From Antechinus flavipes (lineage: Eukaryota), in the NCBI RefSeq assembly GCF_016432865.1, contig NC_067398.1, positions 550,560,001-550,624,000 of the forward strand: a stretch of 64,000 bases of DNA, written 5' to 3'. The notes below the pieces were generated by a model. It was not told the origin of the DNA and ran no database searches. It saw only the letters and a list, made by a program, of their open reading frames with translations. The first letter of the stretch is position 1. Every line of letters begins with the position of its first letter. Below, in pieces: positions 38,695 to 48,049 of this stretch. Made by a program: the position numbers and the translations under genes.

Positions 38695-39665
38695 AAGTAG
38701 ACCATTTTAAAAAGGTTTCTAGTAATATCTTGGGCAATTACCTTGACTTTAGCTACAATATAAGAAAAATGAAGCTTGGTACTGAAGCAATTTTTCCCAG
38801 ACTTTTTGAAAATGATTATCATCATTACTAATCTTTAGTTTTTAGTTTTTCCTGAGCCTTTATACTCAGTTGATCTTTTAAAAAAAAATCCCTTGTTGCT
38901 CTGCTGTTGAAACTCCTTCCCTCCCCTTCCCCCCCAAATTTCTTTTGTCTTTTATACTGAAGCTGTGAAAAAAAGCCTTTGGAGCACAGCATCGTGGGAA
39001 GAAAGCTGACCATCTTGAGTTCAAGCTAACTTTCAGTCACACTATAAGCTCTAGAGAACTTTCTTAAGACTTAAAAGTCTTAACTTGCAGAGAAATATGC
39101 CAATTTATATTTTTCAAGAAAACTTTTCATTCCTTGTTTTTGAATGAAGCAGCTAGGTTCAAATAATGTTTCAGATCCAATATGACTGAGCAAGTCATTT
39201 AATTTCTTTGCACCTCAGTTTTCTTATTTGTAAAATGAAAGAATTGAACTAACTTAATGGCTTCAAAAGGCCCTTTAGCATTCACTTCATATTATAATTC
39301 ATGGTGTTTTTTTGTGGTCCGAGTTCCATAGACCAGCATTCCAACAATAACATTCTGAAGTACCTGTTGTAGCCAGAAAGTGACAGTCAATAACAATAAA
39401 GGTGGCAGAAACCACACTGAGAAAAGAGCTTACTCCCCGATTGGTATTTGTTAAGTCAGCTATTCTTGTTTTTGCTCTTCTTAATTTCCAATAAATCTGT
39501 CCTATATAAAAGGAGTATGGAGCTCAATTCCAGTCATTTCAGAATGTTCATAATTTGGTATAAGACCATTCTTATTAGATAAAAAAGATTTTAGTACATA
39601 AATGGAAACAAAAGTATACAGTTCTAAAAAGAAAACAAACAAGTTCTAAAAAACAGCAATGTAGT

Positions 39666-39671
39666 TTTAAT
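39666..39671 (-). other. Candidate NOL7 polyadenylation signal (ATTAAA)
   Basis: plus-strand tttaat ~50 nt past the NOL7 stop; AT-rich context weakens the call. Confidence 0.35.
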
Positions 39672-39719
39672 AAATTCTGCATGATCTTTTAACAGTGTGA
39701 TCATTTTTTAAAAGGGGAT

Positions 39720-39808
39720 TTATGTGATATTTGGTCTTCTGGAAGCTAGCTTTTTTTTATGCATCCATTGTTTTTTGAACTTCTTAGCACTTTGTTTTCT
39801 CTCTGCTC
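39720..39808 (-). CDS. NOL7: NOL7 last exon (89 nt coding): GAERKQSAKKFKKQWMHKKKLASRRPNIT*
   Basis: ttttcttttag acceptor; TAA at 39722-39720; total CDS 765 nt = 254 aa. Confidence 0.93.
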
Positions 39809-40346
39809 CTAAAAGAAAACAAACAAATGATGACAACTAATAACATTTTTACATTTTAAGTAACTCCCATAGAAATATGCAAATCAAGTTCGTTTTAAAA
39901 ACTAGAGCTTTATTAAACTACCACTTAGGTGGAGCAGAAGAATGAAGCATTACAATACTATGAACATAAGCATGGGTGTCATTCATTCATTTATTTATAT
40001 ATATATGTATATGTATATATAAATATATATAAAACTCAAGAAACACCTGGATTTTGAAGCCCCTCTCTGACAATGACAATGTTACTGCCCATGACTGATA
40101 TCTGAGCCTCAGACAACTTCCCAAGATGGGCTGTGACAATATAATTTGTCGGAGATGAGGGCAACTTGTGTCCATAAAAATATATAATTTGGACTTATTT
40201 TCAAGAGACTATTTTAAAGTTTCTTCTTCCTATCTTGACTTCACTTAAAATATGTTCAGCATTGCTAATTTTTCACAAGCAGTAGCTAACACCTGAAACT
40301 GTTAAATATAAGCAGGTAAAGGAAGAAATCCAAATTATTAACTTAC

Positions 40347-40424
40347 CCCAATTATTATTCACAAACTGGACTGCAGGTTTTTTAACTGGCAATCTCTTGT
40401 TGTCAAGGGAAAGAAATTTGTTTA
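40347..40424 (-). CDS. NOL7: NOL7 exon 7 (78 nt): [26 protein letters not shown]
   Basis: ttttctttcag acceptor, G|gtaagt donor. Confidence 0.95.
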
Positions 40425-40509
40425 CTGAAAGAAAAAAAAATTTACTGTTTCCTGTTCCTTGGTTAAAAGTAAGTTAATTAAACAAATTACATATATGAAA
40501 TCAAGTTAC

Positions 40510-40631
40510 CAGTAGTTCTGTTGCTCCCTCGACCATATAAATACTTCTGTATGAAACCTTTGGCTGCTTGCTGCCTTAAGTCTATCAGATCTTGGTCCTT
40601 TAGTCTACAAGCCACGTACCTCTTCTTTACG
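40510..40631 (-). CDS. NOL7: NOL7 exon 6 (122 nt): [40 protein letters not shown]
   Basis: ttaccag acceptor, G|gtaact donor; ORF 40487..40720; matches RLKDQDL..RQQAA..FI...LYG.G.NRTT. Confidence 0.95.
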
Positions 40632-41124
40632 CTGGTAACCACAACAAAAGGGTAGAAAGAATGATGCAAAATGAATATTAAAAAAAAATACTGATATTCA
40701 CATTTTTTTAAAAAAATCATGATGGATCACTAACAGCTAAAATTTATAGTTTTTATTATGTGCTGGGCACTGCTTAAATGGCTTGTTACAATTACTATTT
40801 CATGTGATTCCCGTAACAACCCTGGGAGTTAAGTGGGATTATTACTAATGAGGAAACTGAAGCAAACAGGTTTACACAATTAGTGTCTGAGGTTGCATTG
40901 GGAGTTAAAAAAACAAAAAAAAACCTTGCACCTATTGTCTAAAGTACTTTTACTGAATGCCTCAAAGTTTTATAACTCCCACTGAGCTCAAACATCAGAA
41001 ATAATCATTTGATGCAATGGGTCAAATTCTGGAAATCTACTTATATTGTAAAACAATGCTTTCCTAACACAAATCTTATTTAGATAATAATTCCAATATT
41101 GTCCTCAGTAAAATAGCCTATTAC

Positions 41125-41179
41125 CGTGTACGAAACATTTTTTCTTCTTTTTTCTCCTTGTTCTCATTTTCTGTATTGC
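41125..41179 (-). CDS. NOL7: NOL7 exon 5 (55 nt): (G)NTENENKEKKEEKMFRT(R)
   Basis: cttcctgcctag acceptor, CG|gtaata donor; phases fit; charged low-complexity linker. Confidence 0.8.
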
Positions 41180-41716
41180 CTAGGCAGGAAGATGAAAGGG
41201 GATGAATACATAAAATGTCTACTCTAGGTCAAGCACTGTTGAACATTTACAATATTTCTTTTTCAGTCCTTTTGAGATAATGTTAAGAAACAGACCATTT
41301 AAGTGACTTGTCCAGAGTCATGCAGTTAAAAACCCAGGTTTTCTTTACTCTGGACCCAATGTTCTTGTTCCTTGTGCCACTTAACTACAAAATTTTAGCA
41401 AAAGTGACAATAACCATTCATGTTTCCCACATGTACAACAATCCTTGGGTACTCACATAATTAACAAGTTAGTTAATTAAATTCAAATCACTATAACCTT
41501 GTTAATTATATGAATAGGAAATATATTCCCCTTTTTCCAGCCTAATTACATTAACTGTAAAAGAGGCAACAGATTATCTGTTATGTTAGTCTGCTAATGT
41601 CTTCTACCAGTCAAGTATAGATAAGAAAACCTATTTCCTTAGAAATAACATACTATTGTATACGTATTCCATTTATTTAGAAGTAACGTAACTTATAATC
41701 ATATAATATTTCATAC

Positions 41717-41748
41717 CTTTTTCCAATTTGGGTAATGAGTCATTTGTT
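41717..41748 (-). CDS. NOL7: NOL7 exon 4 (32 nt): (I)TNDSLPKLEK(G)
   Basis: Long pyrimidine tract + tattag acceptor, AAG|gtatga donor; phase 2 in, phase 1 out bridges exons 3 and 5; peptide is divergent. Confidence 0.8.
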
Positions 41749-41893
41749 CTAATAAAAGTGAAAAAAAAAATGATTAGAATGACTCTTGCCATCTGTAAAA
41801 ATCTTGCAATATTTTGTTTTCTACTAAGGAAGGAGAAAGTAAAACAAAATTAAGTTCCATAGGATTAGAACATCAATTGGTCCCCTCCCCCCC

Positions 41894-42018
41894 TTTTTTT
41901 GTCTAGGCAATTGGGGTTAAGTGACTTGCCCAGGGTAACACAGCTAGGAAACGTTAAGTGTGAGGCCAAATTTGAAGTCAGGGCTGGTGCTCTATCCACT
42001 GTGCCACTTAACTGCCCC
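41894..42018 (-). mobile_element. WSINE1-type SINE with internal deletion (NOL7 intron 3)
   Basis: ggcaattggggttaagtgacttgcccaggg...tttga|agtcagggctggtgctctatccactgtgcc. Confidence 0.87.
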
Positions 42019-42539
42019 CCCTCAATCAGTTTTAGGAATAAAAGTATGACTCCCATGGTCCTCCCCACCATGTGTAAGGCATAAGGCATATAAAAACAAT
42101 CCCTCTCCTTGGAAACTAAATTCTTTTTGTGGAATATAATGTGTGAAGCTAATATACAGAAAATAATTCAATGAGAAAGTAATGACTTAAGGTAGATCAA
42201 AAGACTGCTTTGAAGAAAGTTAGGTATTCTCTTGGGGGACATTAGGAAGGGAGGGTACTTCCAGAAAGAAAGGATCACTCATAGGTGGAGTGTCCAGGGA
42301 ATAGCAAGGAAATTGGTTTAATTAAAATTAAGATAGGTATGTATGTAAGGCTGGAGAAGTGAAAGTCAGAAAAAGGCTTTAGGTTTTGTATTTTTCCAGA
42401 AGTGACAAGCCATTCAACAAATAGGTTAAGCAGGAGTAACTTAAAGGTTAAGCTTTTGAAAATTGAGAACATATTAGCAAAATTTCAATGATCTTCATGC
42501 AAATCAAGACTCCTCACACAAAGGAAGTTAACCACTATA

Positions 42540-42715
42540 TAGCATTCCCAATCCCTGTTATTTTTGTTGCCCTGCATTTCTGATTTCCTTCACAGGTTAA
42601 TTGTATATTATTTCAAAGTCTGATTCTTCTTGTGCAACAAAATAACTATGGATATGTGTGTGTGTGTGTATATATATATATTTTTTTATTTAATGTATAC
42701 TTTAACATTTTTTAA
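42540..42715 (+). mobile_element. L1 3' UTR fragment
   Basis: Reverse complement of the family at 32860-32960. Confidence 0.7.
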
Positions 42716-42994
42716 AAAGTTAACAATAGAATCTAAATACTTGCAGTATACATACTTAAAATGAGAGGAGAAATCAAATAAGAAAAAGGGCATGATTTAT
42801 AAGAGTATTTCCTCTTAGTTTGTAAAGAAATGGAGGTATCTTACCCCATTAGTTTAAAATATTTGAAGAGTTTTTTAATGACAAGTCCTGTATTCTTTAT
42901 AGAATTGTACCAGAGCAGTACTAAATTTGTTAATTGCATTTCAAGAATGAAATATGAGAAAGAAAATTCTAAGTCAACAAAACCCATTTCTTAC

Positions 42995-43053
42995 ATAGTC
43001 TGGGGAGCTGCAGTTAATTCTTCTAGAAGAGTGGCAGGAAGTAGTTTTCTTTT
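42995..43053 (-). CDS. NOL7: NOL7 exon 3 (59 nt): KRKLLPATLLEELTAAPQT
   Basis: ttttctccaag acceptor, AT|gtaaga donor; matches KRKLLPDTILEKLT. Confidence 0.93.
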
Positions 43054-43084
43054 CTTGGAGAAAAAAAATTAAAATTACTAGAGG

Positions 43085-43500
43085 TATTTACTGAATTGTC
43101 TTAGAAGATTCTGAAGATCATCCCAGTAGAATAAGATACCAGATAAAGAGGTTAGTCTTCAAACTAAACAGCCAAATATTCAAACACTACTGAAGAGAGC
43201 ATAACTCTGTTGGGCTAGCCATAATGTTCAAAGGCCAAATATAGGATATTTTATGAGAATTCACACAGGGCAAGCCCTCACATGATGGTTAGAGAAGGTG
43301 GTAAAAAAACACTCTTAAGGTCTTTCAAGAACTTTAGAACTGACCTGGGACACATTAGTCTGATCAGCCACATTCGGATTTCACATGTAACTTCACTCTA
43401 CCACAGAGATGTCATTTTGGTCATCCAGAACAAAACACCAACCAAACAATCAGAGATACTTAGATAACTGTACTGAGCAAGATAGTTTAGTCAAAGGACT
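43085..43500 (+). mobile_element. RTE-clade LINE 3' fragment
   Basis: Decayed frame EFTQGKPSHDG*RRW*KNTLKV resembles the RTE C-terminal ELTQGKRSHGGQKKRYKDTLKV motif. Confidence 0.65.
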
Positions 43501-44747
43501 CCAGTGAATGATATAATCAAAAGTGCCATTTTAGAATCAAGAGAACCTTATGTTTGGCCTGAGCGACTATGGGCAAGTCATTTCACCTCTTAATTTCTTC
43601 ATCTGGAAAATAAGGATTTGGTCTAGCTACCTGTCAGATCACTACTAGCTTTAAATCTATGATTCTGTAACTCACGAAAGCAAAATAACTGAGATGAATA
43701 TTGCCACTGGTATCAGAGCCTATAACAGTTCCAGGAATGTGAACTACCTAAATTCTCAGCCTCTGGATAAGAGATTCAGTAATAATTCAATGGTAATGCC
43801 TTTCACACTTGGTTTGGCCTAGTCATCACCTACACTGAAGCTGAATTCTTAACACGGCACTGCCCAACCCCCCCCCCCCCCCATTTATGTTGTACTTAAT
43901 GTTTGAAATGTAAATTTTAAAATAAAATGTTTTATATTTCTAGAGAAGAATGATTTTTAGTAACCAGTCTCCTGGGTATTTTCAGCTGCTTATTAATATT
44001 CATGGTTTCTGATCACTCCAAAGTAAATAATAATGCTTTTTAAAGACAGTGGAAGAGAAAGAATCTTCCTCGTTTCATATTCTTCCCCCTTTAAATATAA
44101 GAGAGAAGGTGTGGTGAGAATAATCTCTCCATCAGAGTATACTACTTTTATCTGCTAAAAAAGACTGAAAATGACCAAATTTAGACATATTAGATAACAG
44201 GAATACTAAGGGGGTAGGGGGGAAAGTCAGTATTCTCACCAGGATCTCAACCATATCATCACTGGTAAACAAAAGGCATAGTCAATTGAAATCTATCAAA
44301 TGGAATCTACCTAGAACATCGACCAGGCTAGAGCTTAAGCACGAGTAATACTTCTTTCTGCTGAGAGTCAGTAACATCTTCCCCCAGAACGGACATCACC
44401 GACGAGGACGCTAGAACTTTACGAAGACAAGAAACTGAGGGCGGTCCTATCCCATCAAAGAGGGACGCAAGATAAAGAGCTTGACAAACGGAGAAGTGGA
44501 GACACGCTTCCTTAGAAAGTAGGAGCAGCCAGGAGAAAAGGGGCCGGACTGCCGGCGGGGAACATGCCTCCAAGGTGGCCTACGGGGCTTGATCACGGCC
44601 ACGCAAGGCCGTGGGGAGCCTCGGGGGCGAAGACGGTCTCGCAGTGCTCCGCATTTGCAATTCCCCGAGACAAGTGGTCCCGACCTGAGCTGGGGAGGAA
44701 GCACCCCGGCCCCAAGAAAATCACCGGGATTCCGCCCTAGTCCTGAC

Positions 44748-44808
44748 CTTTTGCTCTGTGAACAGCTCCTCCCGTCGCTTCCTCTTCTCCTTCAGGAGCT
44801 GCTTGTCC
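44748..44808 (-). CDS. NOL7: NOL7 exon 2 (61 nt): [21 protein letters not shown]
   Basis: ctttctccccag acceptor, AAG|gtcagg donor; matches NOL7 [20 protein letters not shown]. Confidence 0.95.
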
Positions 44809-44938
44809 CTGGGGAGAAAGGCCAGGAGAGATGAGGGCGCGCGGGGAGCGCGACCGGGTGCCCGCACCGATCCCTTCCCCCCTCCTCTCCCCACTTGAGC
44901 CCTCGCCGTTCCGGGAGGGTCAGGAGGCGAGGTGTTAC

Positions 44939-45207
44939 CTGAGCAGAGCGTCCCGCAGGCGCCGCTCATCTTTCTTGGCCTCCGCTTGGGCGCTGGCAAA
45001 CGTCAACTCTTCGGGGGCTTCATCTTCATCTTCCTCCTCTTCCTCTTCTTCTTCCTCCTCTACTGTCTCCGCTGCTGGGCCGCCATCGGGGAACTCCAAG
45101 TCTGGTTCCTCCCCTTCTGAGTCTGACTCTTCTCTCTCGTACTCCTGGTCCACCACCGTCCCGATTGGCAACGCGCGGCGAGGTCTCCGCGGCCGTAAGT
45201 TGACCAT
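44939..45207 (-). CDS. NOL7: NOL7 exon 1 (269 nt coding): MVNLRPRRPRRALP...EEEEDEDEAPEELTFASAQAEAKKDERRLRDALL(R)
   Basis: ATG at 45207; acidic tract followed by the DEAPEELTF (NUC129-type) motif of NOL7; donor AG|gtaaca. Confidence 0.95.
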
Positions 45208-45234
45208 TTTCCTCTCTACCACCGGCACCGTAAC

Positions 45235-45370
45235 CCGGAAATAGCTCCGCAGAGAAGAGGAAGTCACGTGACATTGGAGATGCGTTGGGGGTTGCTGCCG
45301 CTACTGCCGCCAACAGGCCTGGAAGGTTCGGCTCTGCTTGATAAGCGCTAACCTGGCTTTGCGCGTGCGC
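45235..45370. promoter_or_regulatory. NOL7 core promoter motifs: ETS-like CCGGAAA, GGAAGT overlapping palindromic GTCACGTGAC (45263-45272), NRF1-like GCGCGTGCGC (45361-45370)
   Basis: Motifs read directly 30-160 nt upstream of the ATG; typical of TATA-less housekeeping promoters. Confidence 0.65.
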
Positions 45371-45779
45371 TCTTCTCGGCCCATACGGTAAGTGGCTGTC
45401 TGCAAATTGACTTGTCTTTGCTTTCCTACCCTCCACAACCCAACCAATTTTTATGAACTTATCATTTGATTCAAGTGTCGCTAAGCCAGGAATTAGCAAA
45501 CTACGGTGCTGCCTGTTTTTGTGGAACCCTTGAGATTGGATGCAGTTTTAAAATTTTAATTTTTTTCAAATTCTTAATTTTAAAAATGTTCTGCAGTAAT
45601 TTAAGGCATGATGATGTTACGGAGAATCTCCTTTGCTCAAGCATGTGTGCAACACAGTTTATAGTATGCCTACTAAGAACATTTAGGAAGACCTGAGTTC
45701 AAATTCACTCAACCTATTTGCCTCAATTTTCTCATCTATAAAATGGGCTGGCACATATAAGGTAATTTATAACTGATAG

Positions 45780-46620
45780 CTATTATGATTAACTCTTCCC
45801 CATTTTAACTGATTCAACCCTTCTCCAAAAGATCCTTTCCTCTTTCTAGAACACTAGCATCCTTCCTCCCCGAGTCGATTACCAAGTGTTTTTGTCTTAC
45901 CTTTCTCAGAAATCTCCTCTCCACCCTCCCATAGCTCTGGCCTTCATTTTCTCTGACCTAGACCCCTAATTGCCATCCCTGCTAGCTACCAAGGCAAAGG
46001 AATGTTACACTTCCCCCACCTACTTTTCTAGACTTATTTTCTGCTTCCTCTTCAGGCACCCTTTTTTCTCCTCAGCCTAACTTGAGCTGTTCCCCAACCA
46101 GCACAAGTGGATCTCCTGCTTGCTTTTCTTTGTAACAAATAGTCCCCATGTCTGGAATGTCACACCTATACCTCCTAGAATCCTAGTTTCTCAAAACTCA
46201 GATCAGGCGTCCCCTATATCTGATGTTTTCTTCCCCTCAGTTATTTGTATGTACTTCTTTTGAAATTCCTCTTTTATAATATTTTGAATTTTGTTTTTGT
46301 CTTTGAATATCCAGCAATAATATTTTTTACATAGAAAGCAATTGATAAATGTTTTACTGAATTTCATGCCTCCTCAGTGTCCTCGCCCCTTCCCCCTCTC
46401 CCCATTAGAGAGTGCAGAGCTCCTTCCAGAACTTCTTTTTAAGAAGGAAGCCCACACCCTCCAACTCTTCCATTTCCTATCTGGCTGCACTTCTCCATCA
46501 TTCTCCCTTTCTAGTACCTTTTTTCCTTTCCTGTCCATTCCCCTCATTCAGCTTCCTGGTGTGCTGTCTTCTCCCATCAGAATGTAAGTTACTTAAAGAC
46601 TATCTTTTTCCTTTTCCTTT
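45780..46620 (+). mobile_element. L2 remnant(s)
   Basis: ccccatgtctggaatg, tctcccatcagaatgtaagtt: L2 3' motifs. Confidence 0.6.
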
Positions 46621-47556
46621 CCTTCTTTTTTCTTTCCTTTTTGCATAAATGGGTTCATGTATCAGTGTATACATAATATAGTATTAACCTTTTCAAAGTA
46701 TGGCACAAGGTAAGTACTTATAAAGTATATTTGATGAATTGATTTGAGTTCAGTTCAAAATTAAGCCTTTCCCCAATTTTTCTAAGTAGCAGAGTTAAAA
46801 GTTCATCTGCTAAATCATTCATTTTGTTCGGGTTGAATTTCTATCAGAACTCCGCATTTTCCAGGTAAATTGCTTTCAAAGAAAGTTTTTAATGCCATTC
46901 AACACAACATTTTGCTAATAGGACAGAGAAATATTTATTACTATCCACTGTTAATACTACATTATGTAGACAATGATACATGAACTCACTCATGCAAAAA
47001 AAGAACTCTTATACTGGAAAATGAATCCCTACTGTCATTGAGGCAGTAATAAAACAAATTGTAGGTCTATATACTCTCAAAGGCTCTGACATGGCTACCT
47101 ATTCCTGAAGCTTTCTTGGTCTTTCAATTCATACAGCTAGGATAAACTCATAATGTAATCTAATTGATAAATAGATTTTGTTAATGCTATGGCATATATT
47201 TCTAACTTTTAGCCGACTTTTCATTCTTCTCTGGAGTTCTTATAAGCTACTTCCTTCACTGTGGGATATTTTGAAAAGTTTTTCTAGCCAACTAGGTAAT
47301 CCTGAAATCACCCTGAACTTTATTATGCTAGGGTTCCTAGATAGATCATTTTAAATAAAACAAATGATTTTAATTGAGATTCAAACAACTGGCAAAGGAA
47401 TAACCATTGGCTGCATACAGATGATTCAATTCTCCTTCCCAAGTATCAAACTCTATACATCCCATCGTGCTTGGGGTGACATGGACAGACATGGGGAAGA
47501 TCCTGACTTGATCTCTATTTTACAGATGAAATAATTGAGTATGACAGATGTTAGGT

Positions 47557-47958
47557 TGTTATGGGCCAGAACTCTGTACTTGAAACAGTACTTACAAAGT
47601 ACTAACTCAGTGGAATTGATAAGACAATGGTGATCTAGTTTAACATGGTGATTAATAATTCTCTAATTCAGTACATGTACTTAGTACTTAATATAGTTCT
47701 ACAAGATTGATACCTATTCTACAAGATTCACACCTATAATAAAGCATATAAACAAGGACAAACTCAGCCAGATTTACTCTATTTCACACCATACTGGCCT
47801 GTCCTCTTGAATTTCCTCCACTGAGACCAAGCTAGCTCAGGCCCCAGGCAAGAAGACAATAAAGAATTTAGACTTTAACACTTGGCTGTTCTCAAGGTGA
47901 TTACTCTACTGAAACAAAGGCTGCTCCAAGACCACCAGAAACCAATTAGAACACTACA
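47557..47958 (+). mobile_element. Solo LTR (402 bp) with 6-bp TSD ttaggt, inserted in a MIR
   Basis: TG...CA termini; TSD 47551-47556 / 47959-47964; TATA-like gcatataaac and aataaa inside. Confidence 0.85.
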
Positions 47959-48049
47959 TTAGGTGACATGTTCATGTCTCAGACAGGATTGGAACTATTT
48001 ACTACTCCACTCAAAAGTTTCATCAGTGAGTCCCCTTGACATTAATGTC

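Larger units (their letters stand above)
44380..45390. promoter_or_regulatory. CpG island over the NOL7 promoter, exons 1-2 and start of intron 2
   Basis: Abrupt rise in GC and CpG density against a CpG-depleted background. Confidence 0.9.

Noticed and set aside
44559-44569. p53-like half site GAACATGCCT
   Set aside because: No adjacent second half site
44328-44834. Several 80-90 aa ORFs in NOL7 intron 2
   Set aside because: Overlapping ORFs on both strands in a CpG-island shore; no homology recognised
44831-45244. 137-aa + strand ORF with poly-Ser
   Set aside because: Antisense shadow of the NOL7 exon 1 poly-Glu tract in GC-rich DNA
45208-45267. Apparent 20-aa N-terminal extension of NOL7 (MTSSSLRS...)
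   Set aside because: The ORF track starts at a GTG within the E-box; the first ATG is 45207 and matches the known MV.LRPR start
45026-45499. 157-aa minus-strand ORF across the promoter
   Set aside because: Alternate frame over the CpG island; stop-poor because of GC content; no recognisable domain
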